This document shows, piece after piece, positions 1-9,317 of a stretch of 64,000 nt of DNA. Made by a program: the position numbers and the translations under genes. The notes beneath the pieces were generated by a model, which saw only the letters and a list, made by a program, of their open reading frames with translations, made no database searches and was not told where the DNA came from. The stretch is from Thermodesulfobacteriota bacterium (GTDB lineage Bacteria; Desulfobacterota_D; UBA1144; Nemesobacterales; JAJCZQ01): the NCBI GenBank assembly GCA_965215275.1, contig OZ244044.1:1152001-1216000 (forward strand). Reading direction: 5' to 3'. Within the stretch, counting starts at the first letter, position 1; every line of letters starts with the position of its first letter.

Positions 1-2
1 TC

Positions 3-356
3 AGAGGTTTTGAAGCAGGTATGGGATTTACCGTAGCAGAAAAAAGAGGCTCCGAGGCAAATGACCTGATGTATAAAAAGAAAGACGGTAAGCTGGGCTT
101 TAAGACAAATAACGCCGGTGGCATGCTCGGTGGTATATCAAATGGCGAGGACCTCGTTGTCAGAATAGCGGTCAAGCCAACATCCTCAATATCAAAAGAA
201 CAAAGAACAGTGGATAAAAAAGGTCGTGCCAGAAAGCTGACAGTAAAGGGCAGACATGATCCCTGCCTTTGCCCGAGGGCAGTACCAATTGCAGAAGCTA
301 TGGTTAACCTGGTCCTGATCGACCATCTGCTTGCATCCAGAATTACAAGGGTTTAG
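3..356 (+). CDS. aroC: Chorismate synthase, C-terminal part (5' end lies before the window)
   Basis: Motifs TNNAGGMLGGISNG, KPTSSI and GRHDPC; the frame is open back to the window start. Confidence 0.95.
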   Translation, partial: RGFEAGMGFTVAEKRGSEANDLMYKKKDGKLGFKTNNAGGMLGGISNGEDLVVRIAVKPTSSISKEQRTVDKKGRARKLTVKGRHDPCLCPRAVPIAEAMVNLVLIDHLLASRITRV

Positions 357-370
357 CCTTTACAGCTACA

Positions 371-715
371 GTGGATATTAATTTTAAGATCTTTGTGGAC
401 AATGAAATCATCTACTATGGAAATTTCAGTGAGCTTCCACAAGAACACAGAGAAAAAATCGTTGAGGCGCTGGATGAATGGGGTGAACTGCTTGGAAAAA
501 GCGGCCTGAACGAGACAATATTTTCATTACTTGCATTGTGCGATCAAAGACAATACGAGTGCCCTAAGTGTGGAAAAACCGGCAACGAAGATACCACCTG
601 TCCTGACTGTGGAGACAAGACGGCTCAAAAAGACACATATCCGCATAACGAAAAAATATTGACGCTGCTCAACTGTATTGGAATGATAACTCACCTGGAG
701 ATTGAACGACCGTAA
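371..715 (+). CDS. Hypothetical protein with a double CxxC zinc ribbon
   Basis: CPKC...CPDC motifs; stop overlaps the next ATG (TAATG). Confidence 0.6.
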   Translation: MDINFKIFVDNEIIYYGNFSELPQEHREKIVEALDEWGELLGKSGLNETIFSLLALCDQRQYECPKCGKTGNEDTTCPDCGDKTAQKDTYPHNEKILTLLNCIGMITHLEIERP

Positions 716-1002
716 TGAAAATTACCGTGGAAGGACAGATATTTCCGAAAGTATGGGACATTGCAAGCAACGTAAAGAAGATCGGAAATCGCCGTAAAGG
801 CTGGAATCTCGGCAGTGGAACAATGAGTTATCCGGTTTATGAAGTTACTCTTCCGGAAGACACTAAAAAAGAGGGGATATACTTCATCACTCCTCAGGGC
901 GTAAAACTCTACTTCAGCCAAGGCAGCCAATATGAGATCGGTTATCTGATCTCAGACCTGGACAGCGGTTCACTTGCCTGTAAATATTTTCAGGAGAATT
1001 AA
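715..1002 (+). CDS. Hypothetical protein
   Basis: 95-aa ORF translationally coupled to the preceding ORF; no family recognised. Confidence 0.55.
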   Translation: MKITVEGQIFPKVWDIASNVKKIGNRRKGWNLGSGTMSYPVYEVTLPEDTKKEGIYFITPQGVKLYFSQGSQYEIGYLISDLDSGSLACKYFQEN

Positions 1003-1018
1003 TATACTCGGATTTTGC

Positions 1019-2161
1019 TTATAACGAGTCGTTTAAAATCTCAGTTGCTTTTGTAACACCCGCCCCAAAGTTAAAACTGTGACCTAGATTTTTAAGAGTG
1101 GATTCCAGCGCAGATATAACTGCTATCGTATCGGTTGCTTCTATATCTCCAATGTGAGAAAATCTGAATATCTTACCCTTTGCATGATCCTGTCCACCCG
1201 CGATCGTCATACCGAACCTGTCTTTTAGTTCCTTGATTATCTTCGCCGCGCCGATCCGCTCTGGTGCAATTCCCACCGTTAACGCAGTGCTTGGAGAACC
1301 TTTGGCAAATAACCCTATGTTCATGGCGGTCAAGGCTCCCCTGGATGCTCTGGACAGACTGTCATGTCTTTTGTACATATTTGCAAGGCCTTCACTTGAA
1401 AATCTTTTCAGAACCTCCGCAAGACCTATAATAAGGGTGACCGCCGGGGTGTATGGAGTGGTATTCTTAGCAGCACTCGTTCGGTAATTTTTCAGGTCGA
1501 AGTAGAACCTGGGAAGGTCGGAAGTCTCGCTGAATTTCCATGCTTTTTCACTAAGAGCGATGAACGCCAGTCCCGGAGGCATCATAAATGCCTTTTGTGA
1601 ACCTCCCACCAGAACGTCAATACCAACTTCATCAAAACCTAAAGAAAATACGCCAACGGCAGTTATTCCATCCACGATCAATAATACATCTTCCCTTTCA
1701 TTGGTTATTTCAGCTATTTTCTCCGTCGGGTGTCTAACACCAGTTGACGTTTCGCTTGCCTGTAACAGAACTGCCTTTATGGATGGATCATTATCAAGTG
1801 CCTCTTTAATTAAGGAAGGATCAACGGCAGTACCCCATTCCACTACGATCTCCTGTACTTTAAGCCCGTATGATCTTGATATCTTTGCCCACCTTTCTCC
1901 AAATTTGCCGCCGTTCACCACCAACACCTTATCGCCACTGGACATGGTGTTGGAAATAGCAGCGTCCATTGCTCCCGTGCCTGATGAAGCCAGTATTAAA
2001 ACCTCCTGCTCCGTCTGATACACATGTTTCAGCCCCTTTCTTACCTCTTCAAAAATAGCTTCAAACTCTTCCGTTCTATGATGAATAATGGGGTTTGCCA
2101 TCTTGATCAGAATCTCGCTGGGCACTGGAACGGGACCGGGGGTAAATACGTATTTTTTCAC
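1019..2161 (-). CDS. Class V PLP aminotransferase (serine-pyruvate/alanine-glyoxylate family)
   Basis: FTPGPVP N-terminus, ETSTGV, GGSQK with the PLP lysine; AGGAG RBS. Confidence 0.9.
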   Translation of the reverse strand: MKKYVFTPGPVPVPSEILIKMANPIIHHRTEEFEAIFEEVRKGLKHVYQTEQEVLILASSGTGAMDAAISNTMSSGDKVLVVNGGKFGERWAKISRSYGLKVQEIVVEWGTAVDPSLIKEALDNDPSIKAVLLQASETSTGVRHPTEKIAEITNEREDVLLIVDGITAVGVFSLGFDEVGIDVLVGGSQKAFMMPPGLAFIALSEKAWKFSETSDLPRFYFDLKNYRTSAAKNTTPYTPAVTLIIGLAEVLKRFSSEGLANMYKRHDSLSRASRGALTAMNIGLFAKGSPSTALTVGIAPERIGAAKIIKELKDRFGMTIAGGQDHAKGKIFRFSHIGDIEATDTIAVISALESTLKNLGHSFNFGAGVTKATEILNDSL

Positions 2162-2325
2162 TTCTTAATTCTCCTTAAATTATGAATATTGGATGAACCG
2201 GAAAGAGGCAATTTACCTGAAAGCAAATTAAAATCAAAATTGACATAGACAGAACAATGAGTTAAACAACATAGAACTTGAAAGAACACTTTATATCAGC
2301 AACGACTTTTTATAAGGTATATACA

Positions 2326-3436
2326 ATGAGCGAAGATAACAGACTGGATGTAAACCAGCTTCAGAGCAGAATCAAATCTATCTGGGACTCTCTTTGACAT
2401 CGCAGATAAAAATTCACGGTTGAACGAGATAGAATCTCTGATAAACGCCCACGATTTCTGGAACGATAAGACCGAAGCACAGTCAATTTTAAAAGAGCAA
2501 GCACGTATCAGGAACTCACTAAATACGTGGGAATTGCTGCGTTCTGAGCTTGAAGACCTGGAAGTTCTGATAGAACTTTGTGATGAATCCAACGACGAAG
2601 AACTGCAGAGTGAAATTGATATAAAGCACGGTAATCTGGTCTCCAAGATCGAGGAACTTGAGTTTAAAAAGGTCCTCAGTGCCACCGACGACGAAAGAAA
2701 TGCAATAATGTCAATAAATTCCGGTGCCGGAGGCACGGAAGCACAGGACTGGGCGGACATGTTGTTCAGAATGTACTTAAGATATGCTGAAAGCAAAGAC
2801 TATAAGACGAACATATTAGATCTGCAGGACGGAGATGAAGCAGGAATTAAAAATGTAACCTTTTTAATAGAGGGAAGTTATGCATTTGGCTATTTAAAAG
2901 GTGAAAGCGGTGTCCACAGACTTGTAAGAATTTCGCCATTTGACTCTAATAAGCGTCGACACACCTCTTTTGCCTCGGTTTTCGTATCTCCCGAAGTGGA
3001 CGATCTGATTGAAGTGGAAATTGAGGATAAAGATTTAAGGGTCGACACTTTCAGGGCAAGTGGTAAAGGTGGTCAGCATGTTAACAAAACAGACTCCGCC
3101 ATAAGGATCACACATATGCCAACAGGTATGGTTGTCAGCTGTCAGAACGAAAGATCCCAACATCAAAACAGGATTAACGCTATGAAGATACTGAAGGCAA
3201 GGATCTATGAAATGGAAAGAGAGAAGAAACAAAAGTTAATTGAGGAGATGAACTCAAGTAAGATGGAGATAGGCTGGGGCAGTCAGATACGTTCTTATGT
3301 AATGCATCCATACAGAATGGTCAAAGACCACAGAACGAACTTTGAAGAAAGCAACATAGATGCGGTAATGGATGGAGATATTGACAATCTGATCAAAAAA
3401 TATCTACTGTATCAAGCTGACAATAGAGTAAACTAA
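2326..3436 (+). CDS. prfB: Peptide chain release factor 2 with programmed +1 frameshift
   Basis: ATG 2326 reads MSEDNRLDVNQLQSRIKSIWDSL to CTT TGA C (2392-2398); the +1 frame continues into the 2420-3436 ORF with SPF and GGQ motifs. Confidence 0.95.
2383..2398 (+). promoter_or_regulatory. RF2 autoregulatory frameshift site
   Basis: TGGGACTCT-CTT-TGA-C at the expected position in prfB. Confidence 0.9.
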
Positions 3437-3454
3437 ACAATCCGGAGGCAATCA

Positions 3455-4327
3455 TTGAAAATTGGCATCATAGGTAAAAGAGATACAAAAGAAGTTTATT
3501 CCGTTGTAAGTGATCTCATTAAATGGTTTGAAAAAAAGGAAATTGAGTTCTGGGTGGATGAAGAACTTGCACAGAACATCAAGGTTAAAAGATTTTTCAA
3601 GCAGAATGACCTGCCTAAAGAGATTGAACTCGTTGTCGTCTTCGGTGGAGATGGTACTTTCCTCAGTGCCTCTCAACAGGTAAACAAAAACAATATCCCG
3701 ATACTCGGATTCAATCTGGGAGGGCTTGGTTTTCTTACCGAATTTACCGTAAATGAGATCTTTCCTATAATGGAGAAGGTCATTGAAGGTGATTATGAGA
3801 TTGAGGAACGGGAGATGGTGTTGGCGTCTGTGGTCAAATCGGGAAGAAAGCCAGAGGAGTATCATATCCTGAACGAATTAGTTATTAACAATGGCGCAGT
3901 TTCAAGAATTATTGATCTTGCAATATTCATAGATGGTAATAAGATCACGACTTTCAAGGCAGATGGAGTTATTTTTGCTACTCCTACCGGTTCAACCGCT
4001 TATTCTCTATCCGCTGGAGGTCCTATCGCATATCCGACCTTACCTGTAATCTTAATTACACCAATTTGCCCACATATTCTGACAAACAGACCTTTGGTGG
4101 TATCAAACAATATGGAGATCAAGGTTAAAGTACTAACTGAAGATCAGAATGCATACGTAACGCTAGACGGACAGAAAACATTAACACTAGGTATGAACGA
4201 TGAAGTGATACTAAAAAAATCCAGATCCAAAGTCAAGTTAATTAAGTCGCCCTTTAGAGACTATTTCTCTATACTTAAAACAAAGCTTATGTGGGGTGAG
4301 AGATATGGAACAATCAATGAAAAATAG
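3455..4327 (+). CDS. nadK: NAD kinase
   Basis: GGDGT, LGFL, NE and TPTGSTAYSLSAGG motifs; GGAGG RBS before TTG. Confidence 0.95.
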   Translation: MKIGIIGKRDTKEVYSVVSDLIKWFEKKEIEFWVDEELAQNIKVKRFFKQNDLPKEIELVVVFGGDGTFLSASQQVNKNNIPILGFNLGGLGFLTEFTVNEIFPIMEKVIEGDYEIEEREMVLASVVKSGRKPEEYHILNELVINNGAVSRIIDLAIFIDGNKITTFKADGVIFATPTGSTAYSLSAGGPIAYPTLPVILITPICPHILTNRPLVVSNNMEIKVKVLTEDQNAYVTLDGQKTLTLGMNDEVILKKSRSKVKLIKSPFRDYFSILKTKLMWGERYGTINEK

Positions 4328-4471
4328 ACTTTTCCACCGTTGTAGTGCCAAGACAAGGAATCGTGGTAGTTTGATTTATGGAGATTATCTGCTTAATTAC
4401 CAAAAAACTTACATCGCTTCCCTGCACTGACTTTAAAGGTTTGAACAGATTGTTTAGCATAAAAATTATTC

Positions 4472-4501
4472 TTGACATTCATTAATAATACAAAGTAAAA
4501 T
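4472..4501 (+). promoter_or_regulatory. Sigma70-type promoter of S8-like gene 1
   Basis: TTGACA(4472)-N18-TAAAAT(4496); homologous to the promoter at 60091-60119. Confidence 0.7.
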
Positions 4502-4511
4502 AGAAAAAGTC

Positions 4512-7009
4512 ATGAACATCCTGTTTAGAGTAACACCCCCCCCCATAAGTTATTAATTCCCTTTTTCTTTCTTCTGTGCTTTGTAAACGTTGGTGCATAT
4601 GGTCAGACCAGCGTTGATAACTGCGACTCCAGTGCAACGACAGAAGCTACATTGACAGTAGCCGGAAGTACACGTAGTGGAAGTTTAGCTGCCGGTGCTG
4701 ATCCGCATTACTTTCAGATAGACGTGAATGAAAGATTGATCGTGGCTATAATAGTAACCTTCCCCTTCTCCAATGATCAGGGATACAGTTTACAGGTATG
4801 TGACAGCAATAATTATCTGATAGCAAGTGCTGCTGGAGTTCGTATTGAGGATGAGGGTATAGTGAAGGTCACTATAGAAACCCGCCTCAGACCTGGAACG
4901 TACTATATAGTAGTGGGAAGCCGTGTTGCCACGTCCTACAATGTTGCAGTTGTGGTATCTGATCTTAATACTGTATTTGATGATGACTGCCCGGAAAGTA
5001 GTACTACAAATTATCCAAACGACACCTTATACGGTTGTCAGTGGTATCTGAAACGTCAGGCGGGTGAGTTTATATTAGGTGAAAAGACAATACCCGATAC
5101 GGAATATGCAGACATAAACATAGAAGAGGTCTGGGATGATAACGTATTTGGAGCTGAGATTAACGTAGCGGTGGTAGATCATGGCATGGACACAGATCAT
5201 GAGGACCTTGCTGATAACGTGGATACTACACTTTCTCATGATTACTCAGGAAGCGGTGATCTGTACAGTCCTTTCAGTGGTCGCGGCACACGTGTGGCAG
5301 GCATTATAGCAGCAGTGGGTGATAACAGCCTTGGAGTAAGAGGTGTAGCACCTCAGGCAAGCATCTACAGTTATAATTTAGCTGATAACTTCAGTGATAC
5401 TAATGCAAAGGACGCCATGGTCCGTAATAAGGATATAACGGCTGTATCTGTCAACAACTGGGGACCGAAGGACCTGCCGGTTCTTACAGAGGCTTCATCA
5501 GAGTGGGAAGAAGGAGTGGAAACTGGTATAAGAGAAGGATTTGGTGGTAAAGGAGTATTTTACGTATGGGCGGCAGGGGACGGACATGAAGGATCAGACC
5601 AGGCTAATTTTAATGAGTATTCCAACTACTACGCTGTAACTACCGTATGTTCATCAGAGATCGATAGTCATGATAGCTTGATCACTAAGGGTTCGAGTAC
5701 TTTTTCAGAAGAAGGGTTCAATCTATGGGTATGTGCACCGGGTTCTTATATTGTAACTACGGACAATAACGACATTTATACTTTTGAGTTCCCTGGAACG
5801 TCAAATTCAGCTGCTGTTGTTTCAGGAGTAGCGGCACTGATACGGGAGGTAAACAGTGATCTTAGCTGGCGGGATCTGAAACTGATCCTGGCAGATTCAG
5901 CCAGCCAGGGAGACACCCAGTTAATTCCTGTTAGTGATAATTGGAAACCAGGAGCATTTAAATACAGTTCTGATTCAGAACGTTATCGTTACAGTCCGAA
6001 GTTCGGTTTTGGCACGGTAGACGCTGCTGCGGCAGTAGAACTTGCAGGAAGCTGGACCAACGTTCCACCGCCAATGAGACCCGTGACGGTTTCCTCGGGT
6101 AATATCAATACAGTTATCCCGGACTTCACAACGGGAAACTCAGAAGAAGATGTTTCCGTCGTTTTCACACTGACAGTACCTGATATAGATATACCAGACA
6201 CTGAGGGCTTTACGGAATTTATAGAGATCGGTATTAATTTCACTCACCCTTTCTTTCCTTTTTTAAGTATAGAAATAACTTCCCCTGACGGTAGAGTGTC
6301 AAAACTCACTGAGGCATATCCAGCAGAAGCTTTATCACTTTTATTATCTGGCAGATCTCTTACTGTAGACGACTTTGACTATACAGGCAGAGAGCATCGT
6401 TTTGGTTTAGCTAATCACTTGGGAACGGACCCTGCCGGAGAGTGGACCTTGAAGATAACCAACGCTTCAGTCGCAGGTGCGGGGACCTTACACTCATGGA
6501 ACATTAAGGTCTATGGTCATATGTCTGGTGAGACACCTACGTTCGGCGGCTGGACGATACCAGATAAGAATTACGTGCCGGGAACCGCAGTAAAGGAAAC
6601 ACTGCCTGAGGCAACAGCAGGGAATGGAGAACTGACCTACAGCCTTTCCCCTCTTTCTTTACCTGCTGGACTTACTTTCAGTGAAACTGACCGAGTGATT
6701 AGCGGAACACCAACTGCTGTATCTTCCGGCAGTTATACATATACGGTAACGGATGAAGATGGAGATAAGGATGAGCTGAGATTTACTATCAGGGTAACAA
6801 CTACGCCGCCAGAACCAACAGACCCACCAACAACAAGACCACCGACACGAAGACCGACATCATCAGGTACAGGCGGAGGTGGAGGAGGATGTGCGGTCTC
6901 CGATCAGAGCAAAACTGTTCCTGATCTGCTCGCAGCAGTAGCATCTCTGATGCTTATACCTGTATCCGTAGTTATCAGAAGGAAGATAAGGTCTCGGATA
7001 AAGACTTAG
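4512..7009 (+). CDS. Kexin/subtilase-like (S8) surface protein, probably inactive: signal peptide, PPC-like domain, S8 domain, P-domain, one Ig-like repeat, Pro/Thr linker, GGGGGC-TM-basic tail; frameshifted at a C9 tract
   Basis: VAVVD, RGTRVAG (His replaced), AAGDG, GTS, LSWRD, GFG and GEWTLKI motifs. The frame extends upstream of the track's TTG 4652 into a signal peptide (HKLLIPFFFLLCFVNVGAYG) that joins ATG 4512 only if the tract is C10 or C7. Confidence 0.85.
4536..4544 (+). repeat. C9 homopolymer, candidate contingency locus
   Basis: ACA-CCCCCCCCC-ATAAG, 24 nt after ATG 4512. Confidence 0.9.
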
Positions 7010-7192
7010 CAACACAGTCCCTTTCAAGGCATTTAACTAACTGATATCTTTACGTCAGAATATCTGCTGGCTGTTTACGGGGAGAAGAATAGTAAATAGA
7101 AAACCAAAGATAATTTTACCAATAGATTGGTGTTTTTATTATATTGATGCTTGTTTTTTAATCTTGGGTAATACAGTATATAATGCTCTTAT

Positions 7193-8026
7193 TTATTCAG
7201 TTTCACCATTTTGATTTAAGTCAGGTTTTATCCTGGCCTCTACGATCTGTCTGTAGGTCTTTTTGCAAAGTTCTTTCCTGGATACTCTGGGATCATATGC
7301 AATTTTATCTAAAAACCTTATCTCAAGTACAATCGATAGCTGCCTCATCATATTGAACAAATGGGGAAAGAATTTTGCATTACCGTAGTAAAAAACATTA
7401 TCCCTGTTTGCCCGGTCAACAGGAACACCATTAAGCTTGGTATATTCTATACACACTGGGACAACGTCCGCTCGTGCATTTATTGCTGATGCAAAGAGCG
7501 AACTCCTGAAAGGCAGCACATTTTCTCCATTGGAAGTTGTTGTCTCGGGAAACAGCACTACATTATATCCTAAATCTAAAACATTTTCTATGGATCCCAC
7601 ATCCTGCTTTATTCTCAACTTGCTTTTCCTCTCTACAAAAATGCCTCCACCCAGCTTTGCGGCAGTTCCCATGAGAAAACTGCGTTCAATTCCATCCACA
7701 CTTGCAACAAAGATGGAATTCATAACAGATGCAATGGCAAAAATATCAAGATAGGAAACATGATTAGATACCATAAGAAAACCCTTGTTTTCCTTTATTG
7801 ATCCTGTCTCATCAACAACCTTCACACTTACATTAAAAACCATAAGAGAAAGTTTGAGAAAAAAAGTCGTTATCTTGGTTGTATAAAAAAATCTGGAAGC
7901 AGAGTTTTTGAATAATAAAGATATTATAAAGTTCAGGAGCAGAAAAAGGATGAAAAATATCAAAAACAGAAAGGATTTATATAAAACCCTTATCAAGCTG
8001 ATCGTTCTATTCAAATTTCCTACCAC
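7193..8026 (-). CDS. Lysophospholipid acyltransferase (PlsC/OlsA-like)
   Basis: NHVSYLD (HX4D), FPETTTSNG, LPFRSSLF; N-terminal TM segment. Confidence 0.85.
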   Translation of the reverse strand: MVGNLNRTISLIRVLYKSFLFLIFFILFLLLNFIISLLFKNSASRFFYTTKITTFFLKLSLMVFNVSVKVVDETGSIKENKGFLMVSNHVSYLDIFAIASVMNSIFVASVDGIERSFLMGTAAKLGGGIFVERKSKLRIKQDVGSIENVLDLGYNVVLFPETTTSNGENVLPFRSSLFASAINARADVVPVCIEYTKLNGVPVDRANRDNVFYYGNAKFFPHLFNMMRQLSIVLEIRFLDKIAYDPRVSRKELCKKTYRQIVEARIKPDLNQNGETE

Positions 8027-8034
8027 ATTTGCCG

Positions 8035-8061
8035 TTAATGATCCTTTAACGAAACATTAAC
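8035..8061. promoter_or_regulatory. Three TTAA(C/T) direct repeats at 11-bp period (Pho-box/OmpR-family-like site)
   Basis: TTAAT 8035, TTAAC 8046, TTAAC 8057. Confidence 0.5.
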
Positions 8062-8228
8062 GAAAATACAATACTGAATACTGAAACTTTACTCATAATA
8101 CAGCAATGACTTTACTGAAAATGGGCATATAATAAAGAAAGACGGTTGAAAGCATAACGGCAAGAAAACACCTTGCAATATTTAAAGTGATTGTATAACA
8201 ATGTATAAGTTATGCTGGGGTATATAAG

Positions 8229-9305
8229 ATGAAAATACTTTATGCTATACAAGGTACCGGAAACGGACATATAAAAAGGTCAAAAGAGATCTTAAAGCAT
8301 CTGACCAAAAAGGCCGAAGTAGATATTCTCATCAGTGAAACACAGCATGAAGTAAGTTTAGGGTTTAAAATAAAATATCAACTCTCCGGGCTTGGTTTTA
8401 TATTTGGTAACAAAGGCGGAATTGATTACTACAATAGTATAAAAAAAGCCAGACCTTATAAACTGTTGACCGACATATACGAACTTCCAGTTGAAAACTA
8501 CGACATTATAATAAGTGACTTTGAACCTGTTGCATCATGGGCATGTAAAAGAAAAAAGAAAAACTATATATCCCTTTCTCATCAGACCGCTTTTATGTCC
8601 GATAAAATACCAAGACCCAAAAGGAAAAATCATCTGGCAGAATTCATAATCAAATGGTACGCCCCGATATCTGTTCCAATAGGGCTTCATTATAAAAAAT
8701 ACGACAGTTTTATAGAAACACCTATAATAAGAGAGGAAATAAGGAACGCTGATGTAAAAAATGACGGGCATTACACGGTATATCTGCCTTCATTTAACGA
8801 AAAGTACCTTGTAAAAAGACTGAATAACGTAGACGTTAAATGGGAATTCTTTTCAAAATCATACAGAGGAGTTCCCTATATTGATGGAAATGTAAAGATC
8901 TATCCAATTGATAATGAAGGGTTTGTGAAAAGTCTATCCACCTGTGAAGGCATACTCTGTAACTCCGGTTTTGAGACCCCTTCCGAAGCGATATTCTTTG
9001 GTAAAAAAATGCTGACGATCCCCATGAAAGGACAGTACGAGCAGGAATGCAATGCAGAAGCACTTAGGCAGTTTGGCGTCAAGATACTGTATTCAATAGG
9101 AAAAGACTTTGAGGTCCAGCTTGAAAACTGGATAAACTCTGACTTAAAATACGAGGTGAACTACGAAAATAATATACCCCATATTATTGATTTGATCGTG
9201 GAAAGTGGCTCACAACGTAACTATACTGACAACTCATTTATAGTCGAACAATTTTCGGATGTGCAATCGAAAGGACAAAACGACCCATCTTGGGTCCAAC
9301 AATAA
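8229..9305 (+). CDS. GT-B glycosyltransferase (MJ1255/VC2487-like family)
   Basis: MKILYAIQGTGNGH, SDFEP, GFETPSEA, GQYEQ..NA motifs. Confidence 0.85.
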   Translation: MKILYAIQGTGNGHIKRSKEILKHLTKKAEVDILISETQHEVSLGFKIKYQLSGLGFIFGNKGGIDYYNSIKKARPYKLLTDIYELPVENYDIIISDFEPVASWACKRKKKNYISLSHQTAFMSDKIPRPKRKNHLAEFIIKWYAPISVPIGLHYKKYDSFIETPIIREEIRNADVKNDGHYTVYLPSFNEKYLVKRLNNVDVKWEFFSKSYRGVPYIDGNVKIYPIDNEGFVKSLSTCEGILCNSGFETPSEAIFFGKKMLTIPMKGQYEQECNAEALRQFGVKILYSIGKDFEVQLENWINSDLKYEVNYENNIPHIIDLIVESGSQRNYTDNSFIVEQFSDVQSKGQNDPSWVQQ

Positions 9306-9317
9306 TACGGTCTTAAA

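Noticed and set aside
2296..2796. Long antisense ORFs over prfB, and similar ones over groEL, gspE, gspF and rho
   Set aside because: They lie entirely opposite well-supported conserved genes and show no recognisable motifs
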